Of a stretch of DNA of 64,000 bases, positions 25,928-38,500 are shown in pieces. A program made the translations under genes and the position numbers. Under the pieces are notes generated by a model that was given only the letters and a program-made list of their open reading frames with translations, was not told the DNA's origin and made no database searches. Numbering within the stretch: the stretch's first letter is position 1; each line of letters begins with the position of its first letter. Source of the stretch: Vicugna vicugna (taxonomy: Eukaryota); contig MU058065.1 of the NCBI GenBank assembly GCA_013265495.1, positions 10,023,720 to 10,087,719 of the forward strand. Reading direction: 5' to 3'.

Positions 25928-27688
25928 CTCAAATTTAAAGAGAACACTCCAGTCATTTAAAAATTTTGAAGAATTGAACAACAACAACAACAAAGAAATA
26001 TCTTGAAGCTTTAAAAGAATTGCCCTAAATTTTAATTCCGACAACCACCGCTGTACTGCAAGGTCATTCTTTACTGATACCCTAAAAAAAGTCTAATTAA
26101 ATGATTAATATTTGTTTCTTTTTTTCACATTTCTTTTTTAGTCAACTGTCTTTTAATGCTCTTTTTTGATGATGCTGTTTTATTTTAGCTTGGGTTAATA
26201 CTGGCAGTGGTGAATGAGGATTTAACACTGGTTTCTTAGCTTACTTATTTTTTCTCATTGAGTAGACTATAGTTTATGGCCCCCAAACTCTACATTTTAG
26301 AAAAGGGCTGATGATGGTCTCTGAATGCCATTTTACCATTGCTCCATCTTTACTCATTCTTTCGCTTTAAGGCCTGGAATAACCCCATATTTGGAATTTT
26401 TCCAGACAAAGAGGAAACAAAGCCCCAATAATAAAGATAAACAGGCACAGTGTTTTCTCTGATGGTCTGTCTGGCTCAAATGAAGATTGATCACCTCCAA
26501 GTTAACAGAGGTGGAGGGGGGTGAGTGCCAGGTTCTTGACAATCTGCCTGGAAAGCCAGTTTATTTTCTTTAGTTTTTGCAGATCCCTGTAAGATATCTG
26601 GCACCAATAAGTTTCTTGGTTGCCAACCCCAATTTCATATTTAAGTTAGTTGTTTCCTAAAACAGTACCATAGTTAGGGATGAAACAAACTAGTCATGTT
26701 GGGCTATAAAGCTATCAACATTTCAAACAATTGATTTTGCAGATTGCTTAATATTCCTATGATAAAGCACCTAAAAAGTGATTAGGCACCTGCAAAACGG
26801 AACTTAGTCTTTCTAAAATAACATACATGCAGACAGGAGCCACAAATAAGTTAAAGAAAACGTGTTGAGTTTCATAAAAATGCCGAATTTAGAAACTGCC
26901 AAAAACAGAACAAAGGCAATATATTGACCCCAGTCTAATAGGGTTGCAACGCTCAACTTGTCTTCAAAAAGCACAAACTACAATGATACATAATAATTTT
27001 CCTTGTGAAATTTACTTCACTAACTACCCAGGACTACATATTCTTTCATCCTGTAAGTTACAGTTGGTCATTTCCTCTTCTCCAAAGTTCCATACACTTC
27101 TGCTCACAAACATCCCTGAAAGCCACTTTATTCGGAGCTAGATTCAACTTCAGCAGAATCATATACACAGAGAATGAATAATTACATACACATTTGCCAA
27201 AACTAGAACAGACCAGACCTAGGAGACATACTTAGGCATGTTAATGGAGTTTAAAATGCCAATGAAATCATACCACAATCCCGCCCGGTACATTATACTA
27301 CGGGCTATCACACTGAAATACGAAGCTAGCTCGGACGAGTGCAGCAACTTCCATCCTTGGGCCCTATTTAATTAGGAGGCTTCAGTAGAGCAAAGCCTGC
27401 CAAGCTCTCTCGTTCAGACTCTGAAGGGATCCGAGCAAGCAAGAAGCGCCTGACGCACTCCAAGGAAGCCTGCCCAGAAATGGAGGAGTCAGCGCCCAGT
27501 GGGGTCGGTTCCACCCTCTGCCCGCCTACGCGTGAGCCTGCCGGGCCTTGCTCTTGCCCACCCCGGCCTGGGAGATCGCCGCACGATTCTTTTCTCAACT
27601 TCCTTCCACCATCTAGGAGCTTGAGGAGGCAAGAGAAAGGCATCTCAGGGATGCAAAAACGACGTCTTTTGCAGCCAAGTAGAGGAAG

Positions 27689-27740
<52 letters not shown>
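27689..27740. repeat. Compound microsatellite (GT)8(GA)18 in intron 1
   Basis: Read directly from the sequence. Confidence 0.97.
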
Positions 27741-27743
<3 letters not shown>

Positions 27744-28230
27744 TGTATCTCTTGAAACCGAAGCTCCTTTAGAATCTGTTTAACCTGGTCTTTAGTGCCA
27801 GACCAGTGCACCCTCTGTGGCACTGTTGCCAGGAATCAGTGTTTCCCCTGCAGTCACCATCTGATTTATTGCTTTCTTACTGGTTCTTTCTCATAAAGTT
27901 ATTTCTCGCTCGTTTTAGCCACTTTTTTCTTTAATGATAGAAAGGGTTCTGTTTTTGTTTCCCTAAGGATTGATGCTCTTTTCAGTGGATCCACAAGACC
28001 ATCCCATGTAATATTTTTTAAAATCTTCACAGCTCCAGTTTAAGAGCAAGGATGCAAAGGTTCCTACACTTGCACTTTCTGTCCTCCCTAGGGCCCCCGT
28101 CCCCCTTCCACAGCAGCCTGAAACACTTCACAAGGGGCTGGGGAGATGCACTAGGAAAGGCTGATTTGTACTGGAAACGCGCGTTTCCCCTGCGGGGTTA
28201 AGGGGTCCAGGGTTGGGGTTCTGGACTTAC

Positions 28231-28402
28231 CAGAGCAGTTCCAGCCGGTGGGCGTTTGGCAGTCACTTAAGGAGGTAGGGAAAGCTGCAAGCTTCACCGG
28301 GCGGGCTACGATAAGTAGCATCACCGGCAGCAGCAGCAGCCAGCAAAAGCCCTCGCAAAGTGTCCAGCTGCTGCACTGCCGCGGGGACTCCCACAGCACC
28401 AT
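28231..28402 (-). CDS. TMEFF2: TMEFF2 coding exon 1 (172 nt): signal peptide and N-terminus
   Basis: Translates MVLWESPRQCSSWTLCEGFCWLLLLPVMLLIVARPVKLAAFPTSLSDCQTPTGWNCS(G), which I recognise as the TMEFF2 N-terminus. The ATG has a strong Kozak context (gtcATGG), the donor is G|GTAAGT at 28230, and the exon lies in a CpG island. Confidence 0.98.
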
Positions 28403-28404
28403 GA

Positions 28405-28664
28405 CTAGTTCGCGCAACTCTGCAGCAGCAAACGGCTTCCGAAGAACACAAGATCTCGGGGGCCAGACAGCGGGCTACTGAGCATCCCGCGGACGGTGGC
28501 AGCAGAAGCGGCGGCGGTGGTCGTGGCACCTAACGAGGAAGCAGCAGCCAAACCCGCGCATGATCTCCGGAGTTTCAGCAACATCCAGTGACCCGACTCA
28601 GCCTCGGAAGCGAGAGGGTCTTCCTCTGAGAAGCCGCGCGGAAGACGCGGGAAGCTGCTGCCAT
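28405..28664 (-). other. Cluster of upstream ORFs in the TMEFF2 leader
   Basis: uATGs at 28664 (29 aa, stop ending 28575), 28584 (59 aa) and 28485 (26 aa), which share a stop ending 28405, and 28561 (28 aa, stop ending 28475). Confidence 0.75.
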
Positions 28665-28840
28665 AAGCAGAGGGCTCTGGCAAGCTAGGGCAGCAAGAGG
28701 AGACCGGACTCCGGAGAGCAGAGGACAGGAGCCCAAGGAGGCTGGATGGAGGGAGAGTCAAAGGGCCCCGCAGCCCAGCAGCCGCCTCTCGCGCTCTGCC
28801 GCCCGCATCCCTCTGGCGTTTGGGAAGCAGCAGGTCCTTA

Positions 28841-28885
28841 GCCCGCCCGGGATCACGTGGGAAGAAGCAGCCGAGCGCTGATTGG
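28841..28885 (-). promoter_or_regulatory. TATA-less proximal promoter motifs: GC box, E-box and CCAAT box
   Basis: GCCCGCCC at 28841-28848, CACGTG at 28854-28859 and CCAAT on the minus strand (ATTGG at 28881-28885), clustered ~440-480 nt upstream of the ATG. This suggests a TSS near 28800 (inferred). Confidence 0.6.
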
Positions 28886-30175
28886 CGGAGCGGGATGCAG
28901 GTCCCGAGAGGGAGGGGTCGGCGAGGAGGTGCAAGGAGGAGACGACGGCGGATGCCACAGATGGGCTCGCTCACCAGGCACTGGCCCGAGTGGGGCTAGG
29001 CCGAGATGGCTCAAATGAGAAGCGCGAGCCTCAGGACGGACGACTCCCAGACCTTTAAACACCACCTGCCCTTTCACTTTCCGCCCCAGGGCGCCCCCTA
29101 CCCAGAGCTGGTCCTATCTAGCGCCCCTCTTTGGTGCGTGACCCCCGGCTGCGACCGCCAGCCACGGCTGGGTGGCGTCTCTCGGAGCTGGAGCTGGTGA
29201 GGGCGGAGGTGGCCGAGGAGCGGTCGCAGCAGGGCGGAGAGGGGAGAGCGGGCACGGAGGAGAGGGCGTCCTGCTGGCGCCCTGCGCTCCAGCGTGCGGG
29301 AGCGCGCCGCCTGGCTGTAACGGGATACGGGCTGGGAATGTTGCCGCGGAGAGCCCACGGACGTTTCTCTAGGGACTAGCAGGAAGCAGGAGAGGGTGAG
29401 AGGCGGTGGTGTGAGAACAGCTCTGGCTGGCCTGGAAGCAGCAGCAGTTCCCACAGGAGCCTGCGAACCTGAGGCAGCTCGCCCAGCTGGCTCAGCCAGC
29501 CTTCCAGGCTCTCTCCGCTTCCTTCTCTCCCAGTCTCTCTCTCCTCCCCTGCCTGGCACCCCTACAGCCCCGACCCAGCCCGAGGAGACGAAGGTTTGAA
29601 GCCCTCTCCCTTGCACGCTAGTCCCTCTCCAGCCGGGAGCCTATTTGCGTGGCTGTCTGAAAGGTGCGGGCAAATGTGTTTCGAAGGTCAGGTTTAGTCG
29701 GGACAAGTCAGAGCGAGGAAGGGAAGGCTCCTCTGCACCAGCCACGGTGGGTTGCCGGGCGCACCCGCCCGGAAGCGGCGTCCGAGGAGAGCCGCTCCCT
29801 TGGGCAGCGCGGGTAGTGGCCTTGGGCGCTTTACGCAGGTCTCTGCTGGATCTCCAGGAACCTGGGCGAGACGAGAAGGTCTAACTCCGCAAGTCTCGCG
29901 CTCTGCGCCTTTCCTTTTCGGCTCCAGCCAGCGCCCGGCAAGCCGCATAGTGGGATCGGCCTTCCGTCTGCTGCATTCTTCACGCAGTTAGACACTCTTT
30001 AGCCTAATGGTGTTTTAGTCCCTAGTAATGGGACCCAGAGCTTCTCAGGACACGGAGAAGAGCATCTTTCTCTTGTGACCCGGGTCGTTATTGCAGTGTT
30101 TTGGATGAGTTTTCTTTTTTGTGTGTGATTATTCAGTATTTTCTATTCTGTGTGATTGCTCAGTGATTCAGGATT

Positions 30176-30350
30176 TTTTCCCCCCTTCTTTTTCCTTACC
30201 CTCCCTTCTCTATCTCTTCCTCTCATCCTTCCTCCCTTCTTTCCTTCATCTTTCTCTCTTTTCCTTTCTTTCTCTTTCTTCCATTTCAAGAGTCCTCATC
30301 TCTCTCTCTCTCTCTCTCTCTCGCTTCTTTTTAAATCTTGCCTTTCTCCC
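30176..30350. repeat. Polypyrimidine/polypurine tract including (CT)11
   Basis: About 175 bp that are almost all C/T on the plus strand, with (CT)n at ~30300-30322. Confidence 0.9.
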
Positions 30351-32434
30351 TTCACTGTGTCTCCTGAATTTAGAAGAGCATTATATGATAGCATCTCAGG
30401 CCATTAGGGTCCATTCCCAATCACTTAAAAGAGGCACCAATACACTTTGCAAACAGGGGCTATCTGTCCTTTGCAGACACGACCAGAAAAACAAATTGTA
30501 CCCGAGCTATCCTTCTAAGTACTTTAACCTCCAACCTCCTCCCACTTCCTTGCTTTTTAACTTCTCCCTTGAGAGGTGTGATCGTGCAGCACCTCAGTAC
30601 CTCAAAGAAATCTCTTTTTTTTTTTCTGTGTGAAACCCATCCCTTTATCTTACATCTCCGCCTCCGCCCCGAGATTCCACCCCCCCACCCCGCCCACTTC
30701 CAAAGATTTCTAAATCTCTGAAATCTCAGTGTCTCTCGCTCCTGGCAATTAAGCAGCAGATCCAAGCATTCTAGTCGGTGGCATCTCGCTCCTCACCGAC
30801 GAAGACTCCATTAAAACAGATCAATTTGACTAGACGTTGGAGGCATCAGAAAATCGGCTTCTAGACAGCGCAGCTAAATTCTTCAAGGAAACAGAATGCC
30901 CATTAGATAGAGCTGCCAGACGATATTGCAAAAACAAGGAATCAGAGATGTCTTTCTGCCGCACTCTCTCAGCAGCGAGGGCAACATAAATACACGCTTA
31001 ATGTAGATCAAGATTTAACAACTCCGGAGTTCAAAGTGAGGACATGTCATTTTCCATAGCAAGGCTGGGGTGGTAACTAATCAGGCTTACGAAAGTAAGC
31101 CATGCTTGGAACTAAAGGCAAAGTCCTTAAAAGTGTTTACACAGGAATTATGATAATGAAACAGGACCTGCTAGGGTATCAGTGCTTGGCTACAGAAGTA
31201 GAATTTTACGGAACCTCTTAGCCAAGTAAAACTGTTATTGAATTCTCTGCTAAGTAAATTTTTGGCATGCTTTCTAATAATATGTACTCTTCCTAAGACA
31301 TTTCACCCAAAGTAACTTAAAACTCCAAAGGAGTTAATTACTGGTTGTGACTGGTTAACGAATGCTGTAGCTTCCACAGAGGTTCTTTAAATTATTAAAC
31401 AGTTTGAAGCAAAGCCTTTCCAGTAGGAATGCTGTGATTTTGTTCCGCTTACTTTGTACTCAGTGTTACAGTGCCACCAAGAAACAAATTCTGAAACTGG
31501 CAAGCACCACCAAGTGGCAGAAGAACATCATTCACTGAACAGAGCATCATATTATTGAATACATAAATAAAAATATATGCATTATTTAGCCTCGTCATTA
31601 GTACCAAGGAAGTAGACGGGCCTTAATTTTTATGGCAATGAAGATTAGATTAGTGATTGGATTAGTGCTTCAGCTTTCCCCCCAGCAGAGTCAAATCTGT
31701 TTACTTATTAGAATTGAATTTAAAACTAGCTCTATGAATTGTACTTTGCATTGTGTATTATATGATTACTAGTAATATAATTCAATCATATCATGAATTT
31801 ATAAAATCTCTTATTTGAAAATACTGCACAATATTTGCTTTCAATATCCTGAGCTAAATCAGTTTATTTGTGGCATACACGCTCTAGAATTGACTTAGAA
31901 GGGATAAAGTCAAGTTGTCATATTTTTAGGTAGAAATAGCACATAAGATTTTTTCCAGAAAAGATTTTTTTTTTAAAGTTGTTTTCCCCACATGGAAAGG
32001 ACATCATTAAGAAGTATGAGATTGCTCAGAGCTTGAATGGGGGAGGGAGAACTTATTCCAGAACAAGAATAATTTAAGATAAATATTCAGCTTTTATTGA
32101 TAATTTATTAACATAAAATACATCTATTATCAGTAAGTAATAAATGTATTGAACATTAAGTGTTTAATTTGTAGATCAAGCGCTATTGACAATGTTTCAG
32201 AGACGTCAACTTCATTCCTGGTTGATTTTTTTAACTGAGAATAATTAAATTTGCTATTTTTCCTCTTTGCTACAATTAGTTAATTATACATAAATAATGA
32301 GCAGTAATTGAAATAAATAATTTTATAATGTAAATCTTTCTCTATGCCTTGTAGATTCTTGTACCTTGATTATTTTTGATAGTTTATGATTAGATTTGTA
32401 ATTTCAGCACTGGTGAAATAATTTATTTCCTCTT

Positions 32435-32583
32435 AGGGCAGTGGACCTGGGAAATTGAAAAAATACTGATATGATGTCCCCAGTCCAAGACTTGAAATCT
32501 CTGGAGGTGAGGCAGAGACACTGGTACAGATTTCTGAAGTTTCCCTGGTGATTGTAATGCATAGCCTTTGTTAATAACCACTG
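32435..32583. mobile_element. MER5A-like hAT-Charlie relic
   Basis: GAAATCTCTGGAGGTGAGGC...TTCCCTGGTGATTGTAATGCATAGCC...AACCACTG resembles the recalled MER5A consensus. Confidence 0.6.
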
Positions 32584-34807
32584 CCATCCAGAAAGGGAAT
32601 CAGTGGGCCTTTCCTCGTTATCCAAATATCCAAGTTTCAGCAGGTTAAAGAATGATTTTTTTCACTTAAAATAAACATCTCACAAAAGCTGTTCCTTGAT
32701 TAAGGTATTTAACCAAAGCAATACGCAGCAGTTAATGTTTGCCACTAGTTTGCAAAAAACCCCAAAGAGCAACAACAGAAAAACCAAAACTGAATTGAAA
32801 AGAGCTAGATATAAAAAGCAGTAGGCGCTTCAGTACAATTTGGTGTCCTTTGTTTACAAATTCATCACAGTGTTCAGTTGCTATTTAATTTAATCATAGC
32901 CTTATCTTAGGATTTAGTTTAATACTTTTTGCCAAATCATTATGAAACTTTCTTTGTCTTTTTTTCTTTTTTGCAGTCAGAACCAGAAGTTTGAATCAGT
33001 TTGGGATGAAACTGCGTCTCATGTCTGCCTGGCTATCTGTGGCCTCTACTGAACTAAACAAGAAGTGGACTCCATCCTGGCTTTGTGAAAAGAATTAGTA
33101 ATAGGAGTTCTTCCAGTTTGTATTATTAGTATCATTTCTCCATTATCTGTGACATTGAATTGCTTTTTGTTCTGGCTTTTTCTCCCCCCTCAAATTACTT
33201 GTTAGTGACAGAGCAGGTCACTCAAGAACTAATGTTCTCAACCCTTTTGCTGCTTCTTTTATTCAGGTCTTTCTCCCCTGCCTCACCCCCAAAAAAGGGA
33301 AAAAAATGGAGGGACAAAGTTTCTGTCATATAATAAATTTGAGAACACTTCATATAGACCTCACTCAGCTCACTTGTAGCTTCACAATTCGTATTTGCAT
33401 ATTAAAGGCTCTGAGCAGCCCTGCAGGAAAATCAGACCAAAATACATCAAATAAAGCTAAATACTTGTTTAACTTCATTGAACTCAGATTTTTCCAATAT
33501 TATTTGATCATGGAATCCCTTTTAGCAAAGAAAAACACTACAATAAACCATGGCAACGGTTTTCCACGTATGACACCATTAGTTTAGAGGAATGAGGCTT
33601 TTTGAAATTTGTGTCAGCATGTTAGATGAGAAGGATGATCATCCCCTCTGACTTCTCTTTTCACAGAAACAGCAGTAAAGCCAGCTCACAGTAGGGTAAA
33701 TATTCCTCAGCCGTGTCTTCTGATGTGACAGGGAAAGCCCTGTCATAAACATTTTGGGAAGATGATTAAAATGTCAGCCCCATCACCTTACAACCTTTAA
33801 AAAATTTCCTCAATTTTGTCTCATACAGACTCACAATTAGATGCTCTTAATATCCTTAGCAGTGATTGTTAACATAGACTCTGATACAGATTGTGTCTGA
33901 TAACACTACTTTCTGAAAAGCTGTATCTTACATTGTTGAACACGCTAAAAATGTTTAAATAGAAATTTTCACAAGATTTTAAAGAGAATTTAATTGACTT
34001 CTTTACACCTCTATACTTATCTCTTTGCTTTGCAGCAAAAATCTGGACACTTAGCCACTCACTGACAAGGCAAGGCCACGTGACCAGGGCCAGGCATCTG
34101 TGCATTCATGAGTTGGAGTCTTTGCCCTGACACCTAGGAGCTGAGTGTCCATGGGCAAGTTATATGTACGATTTGCCTTCCATATTTAAATAATTAGTCA
34201 AGTAATATTGAATTTCAAAGATCTTTAATTTAGCTCAGAGACATCATTCTTTGTCCATGTATATGCCCCAAGGATGTAACAAAATGCTTTATGTATAGTC
34301 GACATTCAACAGTTGATGCTAAATTAAATTAAAATGCTAACGTTAATCACATTAATCAACACATTCCAGAAGGGGTGCACCAGAAAATGTAGTGAAATCT
34401 CTTTGTAATAGCCTGGAAGTTCTGGGTAGACCTTCTTTTGTTAGGTAATACTTGCTTTGGATTGAAACAGCTAACACTGAGAAGGTGATGTTTAGAACAC
34501 ATAAGGGAGCACTTCAGCAACGGACAGTCGTGTTCAACTCCTTCTTCTGCCTAGGTGTTCTCTAAGGAGTGGTCCTTAGTCTCAGTGCCTCACGTGGGCA
34601 GCATTTTACTCATGGTCTCAGCCTGTAATTGTGCTTTTATTTTTTGCCACCTTTGTATTTCCCACTGCTTCAAGTTAGGAAATCAACCATCTAATTCATT
34701 AGACCATAAAACAAATGAAAACTGTCTTGATGTGAAATTGAGGGTTTTCAAGTGATACAAGCAAAGAAAGAGGAAGGGAAGCAGCAGGTGATATTTGGGG
34801 GCCCCTC

Positions 34808-34900
34808 TCACACACACTATATATATATATTTGTGTGTATATATATATAAGCATATACGTACATGTATATAATGTGTATGTGTATATATATTTGTACACG
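34808..34900. repeat. Degenerate (CA)/(TA)/(TG) low-complexity repeat
   Basis: Alternating purine-pyrimidine run read directly. Confidence 0.85.
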
Positions 34901-35136
34901 TGTAAACATCTACATGTGATGGACAATTCAAACCATGAAGAAGAGATTATATAGACTCATCCTGCCTTTCTAGCTTCCAGATCTCCTTATTTCACAAAGG
35001 TAACTGCTACCACTAGACTTTTAAAACCCTTCTAGATTTGTCCGGGCATATATTCTCTCTCTCTCTCTCACACACACACATCAAATATATAGAGTCTCAT
35101 TTTAAAATGGGCTACAAAAAAGAGAATATCATACAA

Positions 35137-35546
35137 AAGTAAGTCACATAATTTTTTTTTGGTTCCCAGTACATATAAAAGTTGTGTTTACACTATGTTG
35201 ATATCTATTAAGTGTGTAATAACATTGTGTCTTAAAAAAGCAATGTGCATAGTTTAATTTAAAAACAGTTTATTGCTAAAAAATGCTAACCATCATCTGA
35301 GCCTTCAGCAAGTCTTAATCTTTTTGCAATAGTAACATCAAAGATCACAGAACACAATAACAAGTATAATAATAGTGAAAAAGTAAGAAATATTGCGAGA
35401 ATTACCAAAATGTGACACAGAGACGGGAAGTGAGCAAATGCTGTTGGAAAAATGGCTCCTATACACTTGCCACAAACCTTCAATTTGTAAAAAACACAAT
35501 GTCTGTGAAGTAATAAAACAAACAACAGTAAAGTGAGGTATGCTTG
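35137..35546 (-). mobile_element. Internally deleted Tigger1 derivative (Tigger1a-like)
   Basis: Contains TTTATTGCTAAAAAATGCTAACCATCATCTGAGCCTTCAGC and GAGAATTACCAAAATGTGACACAGAGAC, and ends in the TIR remnant GAGGTATGCTTG. Confidence 0.85.
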
Positions 35547-38500
35547 TTTAAATAATTTTTGATACATTTATATGTGTGCGCATGTGTGCATCCTTTTGAT
35601 TTACAAAATAAATTCTTACCATATACACTGTTCTATTTCTTGCTTTATTCACTTAATAAACACAAGGAGAGCTACTTCATTTCGCTGGGTAGAAGTTCAC
35701 GTTGGATGTATCATAATTTATTCAGTCTATTATTTATGGACACTTATTTTATTTGCTAATTAAAATTAATGCAGCAGTGATGTATGATACACTGTCTTTT
35801 TAACAAGGATATCTATCCCATCCCCCCCGTAAAGGGATTAAAAGGCCACAGTGACAGCATAACTATGCTTTACGTGGAAATACTGAGGTAGCTAGCAAAC
35901 AAAGGCTTACATTTTGGTTCCTAACTCCTCTCAGTGAGGAATGCATTTAACCTGAGTACAATATTGGAAATATTAGAAGAATCTTTCAAATTTAATTCTG
36001 ATATTCTTGCACACAAACATTGTAGTTAGAGAATAATTTCTTACAAGCTGATTTTCTCCAATTGCTACCATAGTACATAATGATTCTGCTAAAATCTAAT
36101 GCAATATTAGTTAACTGTATTATAAAATCCAATGTAATGTGGGTTGGTCTTGAACTCTTTCCAAGGGAGTTTAATTATCTCATACAAAGATAGTTGCATC
36201 TGTTAGATGTACAAAGAACAGTGTTTAACATGACACATTAGTGTAGACAGAGTGACTTAGCTTTTTCCTCTCACATAGCTGAATCTTTTCTTTTCTGAGT
36301 TATAGAAACTTTAAAACGGTACTTTTCTTCCCACATAGACACTTGGTTATGGATTAGCGATCACACTTTGGGCAGCTTTGGGATGATGGCCTGGACTCTA
36401 AACGTCAGTTGGAATCTGATTTAAGTTCCGGCTCTGATCCTTGAAGCCATGTTAGCCTCTGCTTACTGATCCTTTTTATATCTTCCTCATATATGTAACT
36501 GGACAGTTACAATATGAGGAATAGATGAGATCTGTTATCTGCAAGCTTCTCTGTAATAGGACAGGCATTATTTGCTACTTGCTGAAGTGTGTGCAAAGCA
36601 AAGGAAATTTATATGATTTGTTCTTTGCTGCTGAAGTCAGAATCAGAAACCATGAAAATTACTGGTGACATCTCAGCTCCAACATTTTGGATTGAGAAAT
36701 TACTCCTAATTGAAGAGGGGGGTAGATACATGCTTTTTATAAATCACTGCATATTCTTTTTATATGGACTAATGAATTTCAGAAACTCCTTCCCAGAAAG
36801 GAAACTTGAGAAGACAGGACCTATATACTTTAAATACAGTGAAGTCATTTTGAAATAGAAAATAATAGCTTTTCTTCATAACTCACTATTTTTTTGAAAA
36901 TTTGATCTGTGATTTCCCTTTAAGTAAATGATACTTAATAATTTAGAGGTTTTAAACATCTTTTTAAAAGAATTTTATAATTGACTTATATGTCTTCAAG
37001 ATATTTGTAATATATGATGCTTTATATAGGTGAGGAGAGAAACACAATGTCATTGATGAGTGTAGAAAAGCCAATATTAATTTGATGACCAAACACACTT
37101 TTAGTAGGTCACCTGTTTAATTATGTACTAGTACTAATGGTTATCATCTGCACAGTACTTGCTTCTTACAAAGCTTTGTAAATAATTCTCATCATTCTTG
37201 CAACACAGGTATTTTTATTGCCATTTTAGGAGTCTGGAAATTAACATTAAAAGATTTACACAATGTTTTCTAACCTAAGATTCAATGTTCTTTAAGAATG
37301 AACTTACTTTTTGAGTTGTCAAGATAATTACCAAGAGCTGAAAGAAAGCTTTTCTAGCTAGACTACATGGATTGTAAATATCAGTTTTTTAAACTGTTAT
37401 TATAAGGTAAGTGATTGCTTCCTTCTTAAGCACATTCTCTCACTTGCAAAGTTGTCCTGGAAATGGATGCTATAACTTGCATTTGACTTGTGCTTTAATG
37501 CAGTAGAATAGCACATTTCTTAATTGCATATCATTTAGAATGGTCTACCATTTAGGAGAAAGCCCTGTTCAGAGGCATTGCACACACAACTGGGAGGATA
37601 TTGTGGTGAAAAGATATCAACAATAGCTCCATTAATGTTTAGCTTATACCTGCATCTAATGGGTTCTAATGCATCTTACATGACATATGTGAAGATAAAT
37701 TTACAGCTTTAATAGGCTTACATTCCATAACAATAACCTCCTTCTCTAACAAGTTCTACTTCTCTAATAAAATATGGTCTTGCCAGTGTCATCTGATTGA
37801 AAGGTAAAGGGCTAGATGATGCAGTTTTTATTGACACAGCAACAAAATGCCCTCATCATAGTGTACAACATGTATTTGTATTAGATATAACATGTTAAGA
37901 GCATTGCCATTTTGCTCAAAGTTACATTTCATGAAAATGTACATTTAAGAAACATTAGGTTATCTGTCTGGAGACATAGGTCATTTCAGTTCAATTTTTA
38001 AATGTTATTTATTTTTCCTCCACTTTATTTCAGAGAAGATTTAAGACAAATTTAAGCGAGTTGATTCATCACCTTGATATCTCTGAAATTCTGCACACGA
38101 GGTGGCAATCAATCAGTTCAATCATTTAAAAATCTGACTTCTAGAGAACATGTCTAAAGTTATTTCAGTCATAGATCCCTGTTCTTAAAATCATTTACCA
38201 TGAATTTTAAAGCACATGGAAGTTTAAAGAATGTTGATCCAACATAAAATATATCTTAAATTTATTTTTCCCCTTTTTAACATTATAATGACAGCCATCT
38301 GTAAAAAAACTCTTCTGAAATCTCATTAATTTCATTACCTATTTCACTGTGGACATGTTGGCTCTTTTCTATATATTATTTGTACTCATATTTTAGAGGC
38401 TCACGTAACTGAGAAGTGGTTGAAAGATAAAGTTCTTCTTTCAGAAAAATACTCAAAAGTTTACATCATATTCTGCATGTCATTCCAGGAGATTCAAAGA

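Larger units (their letters stand above)
28100..29990. promoter_or_regulatory. TMEFF2: CpG island over the TMEFF2 promoter, 5'UTR and exon 1
   Basis: Abrupt GC- and CpG-rich block in otherwise CpG-depleted AT-rich DNA, with a weaker CpG shore at ~27270-27610. Boundaries are judged by eye. Confidence 0.92.

Noticed and set aside
28151..28230. Exon 1 read-through tail (KSRTPTLD...ISLS)
   Set aside because: The donor G|GTAAGT is consensus and nothing else supports an isoform.
27368..30765. Many 60-190 aa ORFs around the promoter
   Set aside because: Expected from stop-codon scarcity in GC-rich and CT-repeat DNA. Only exon 1 and the ATG-initiated uORFs are supportable.
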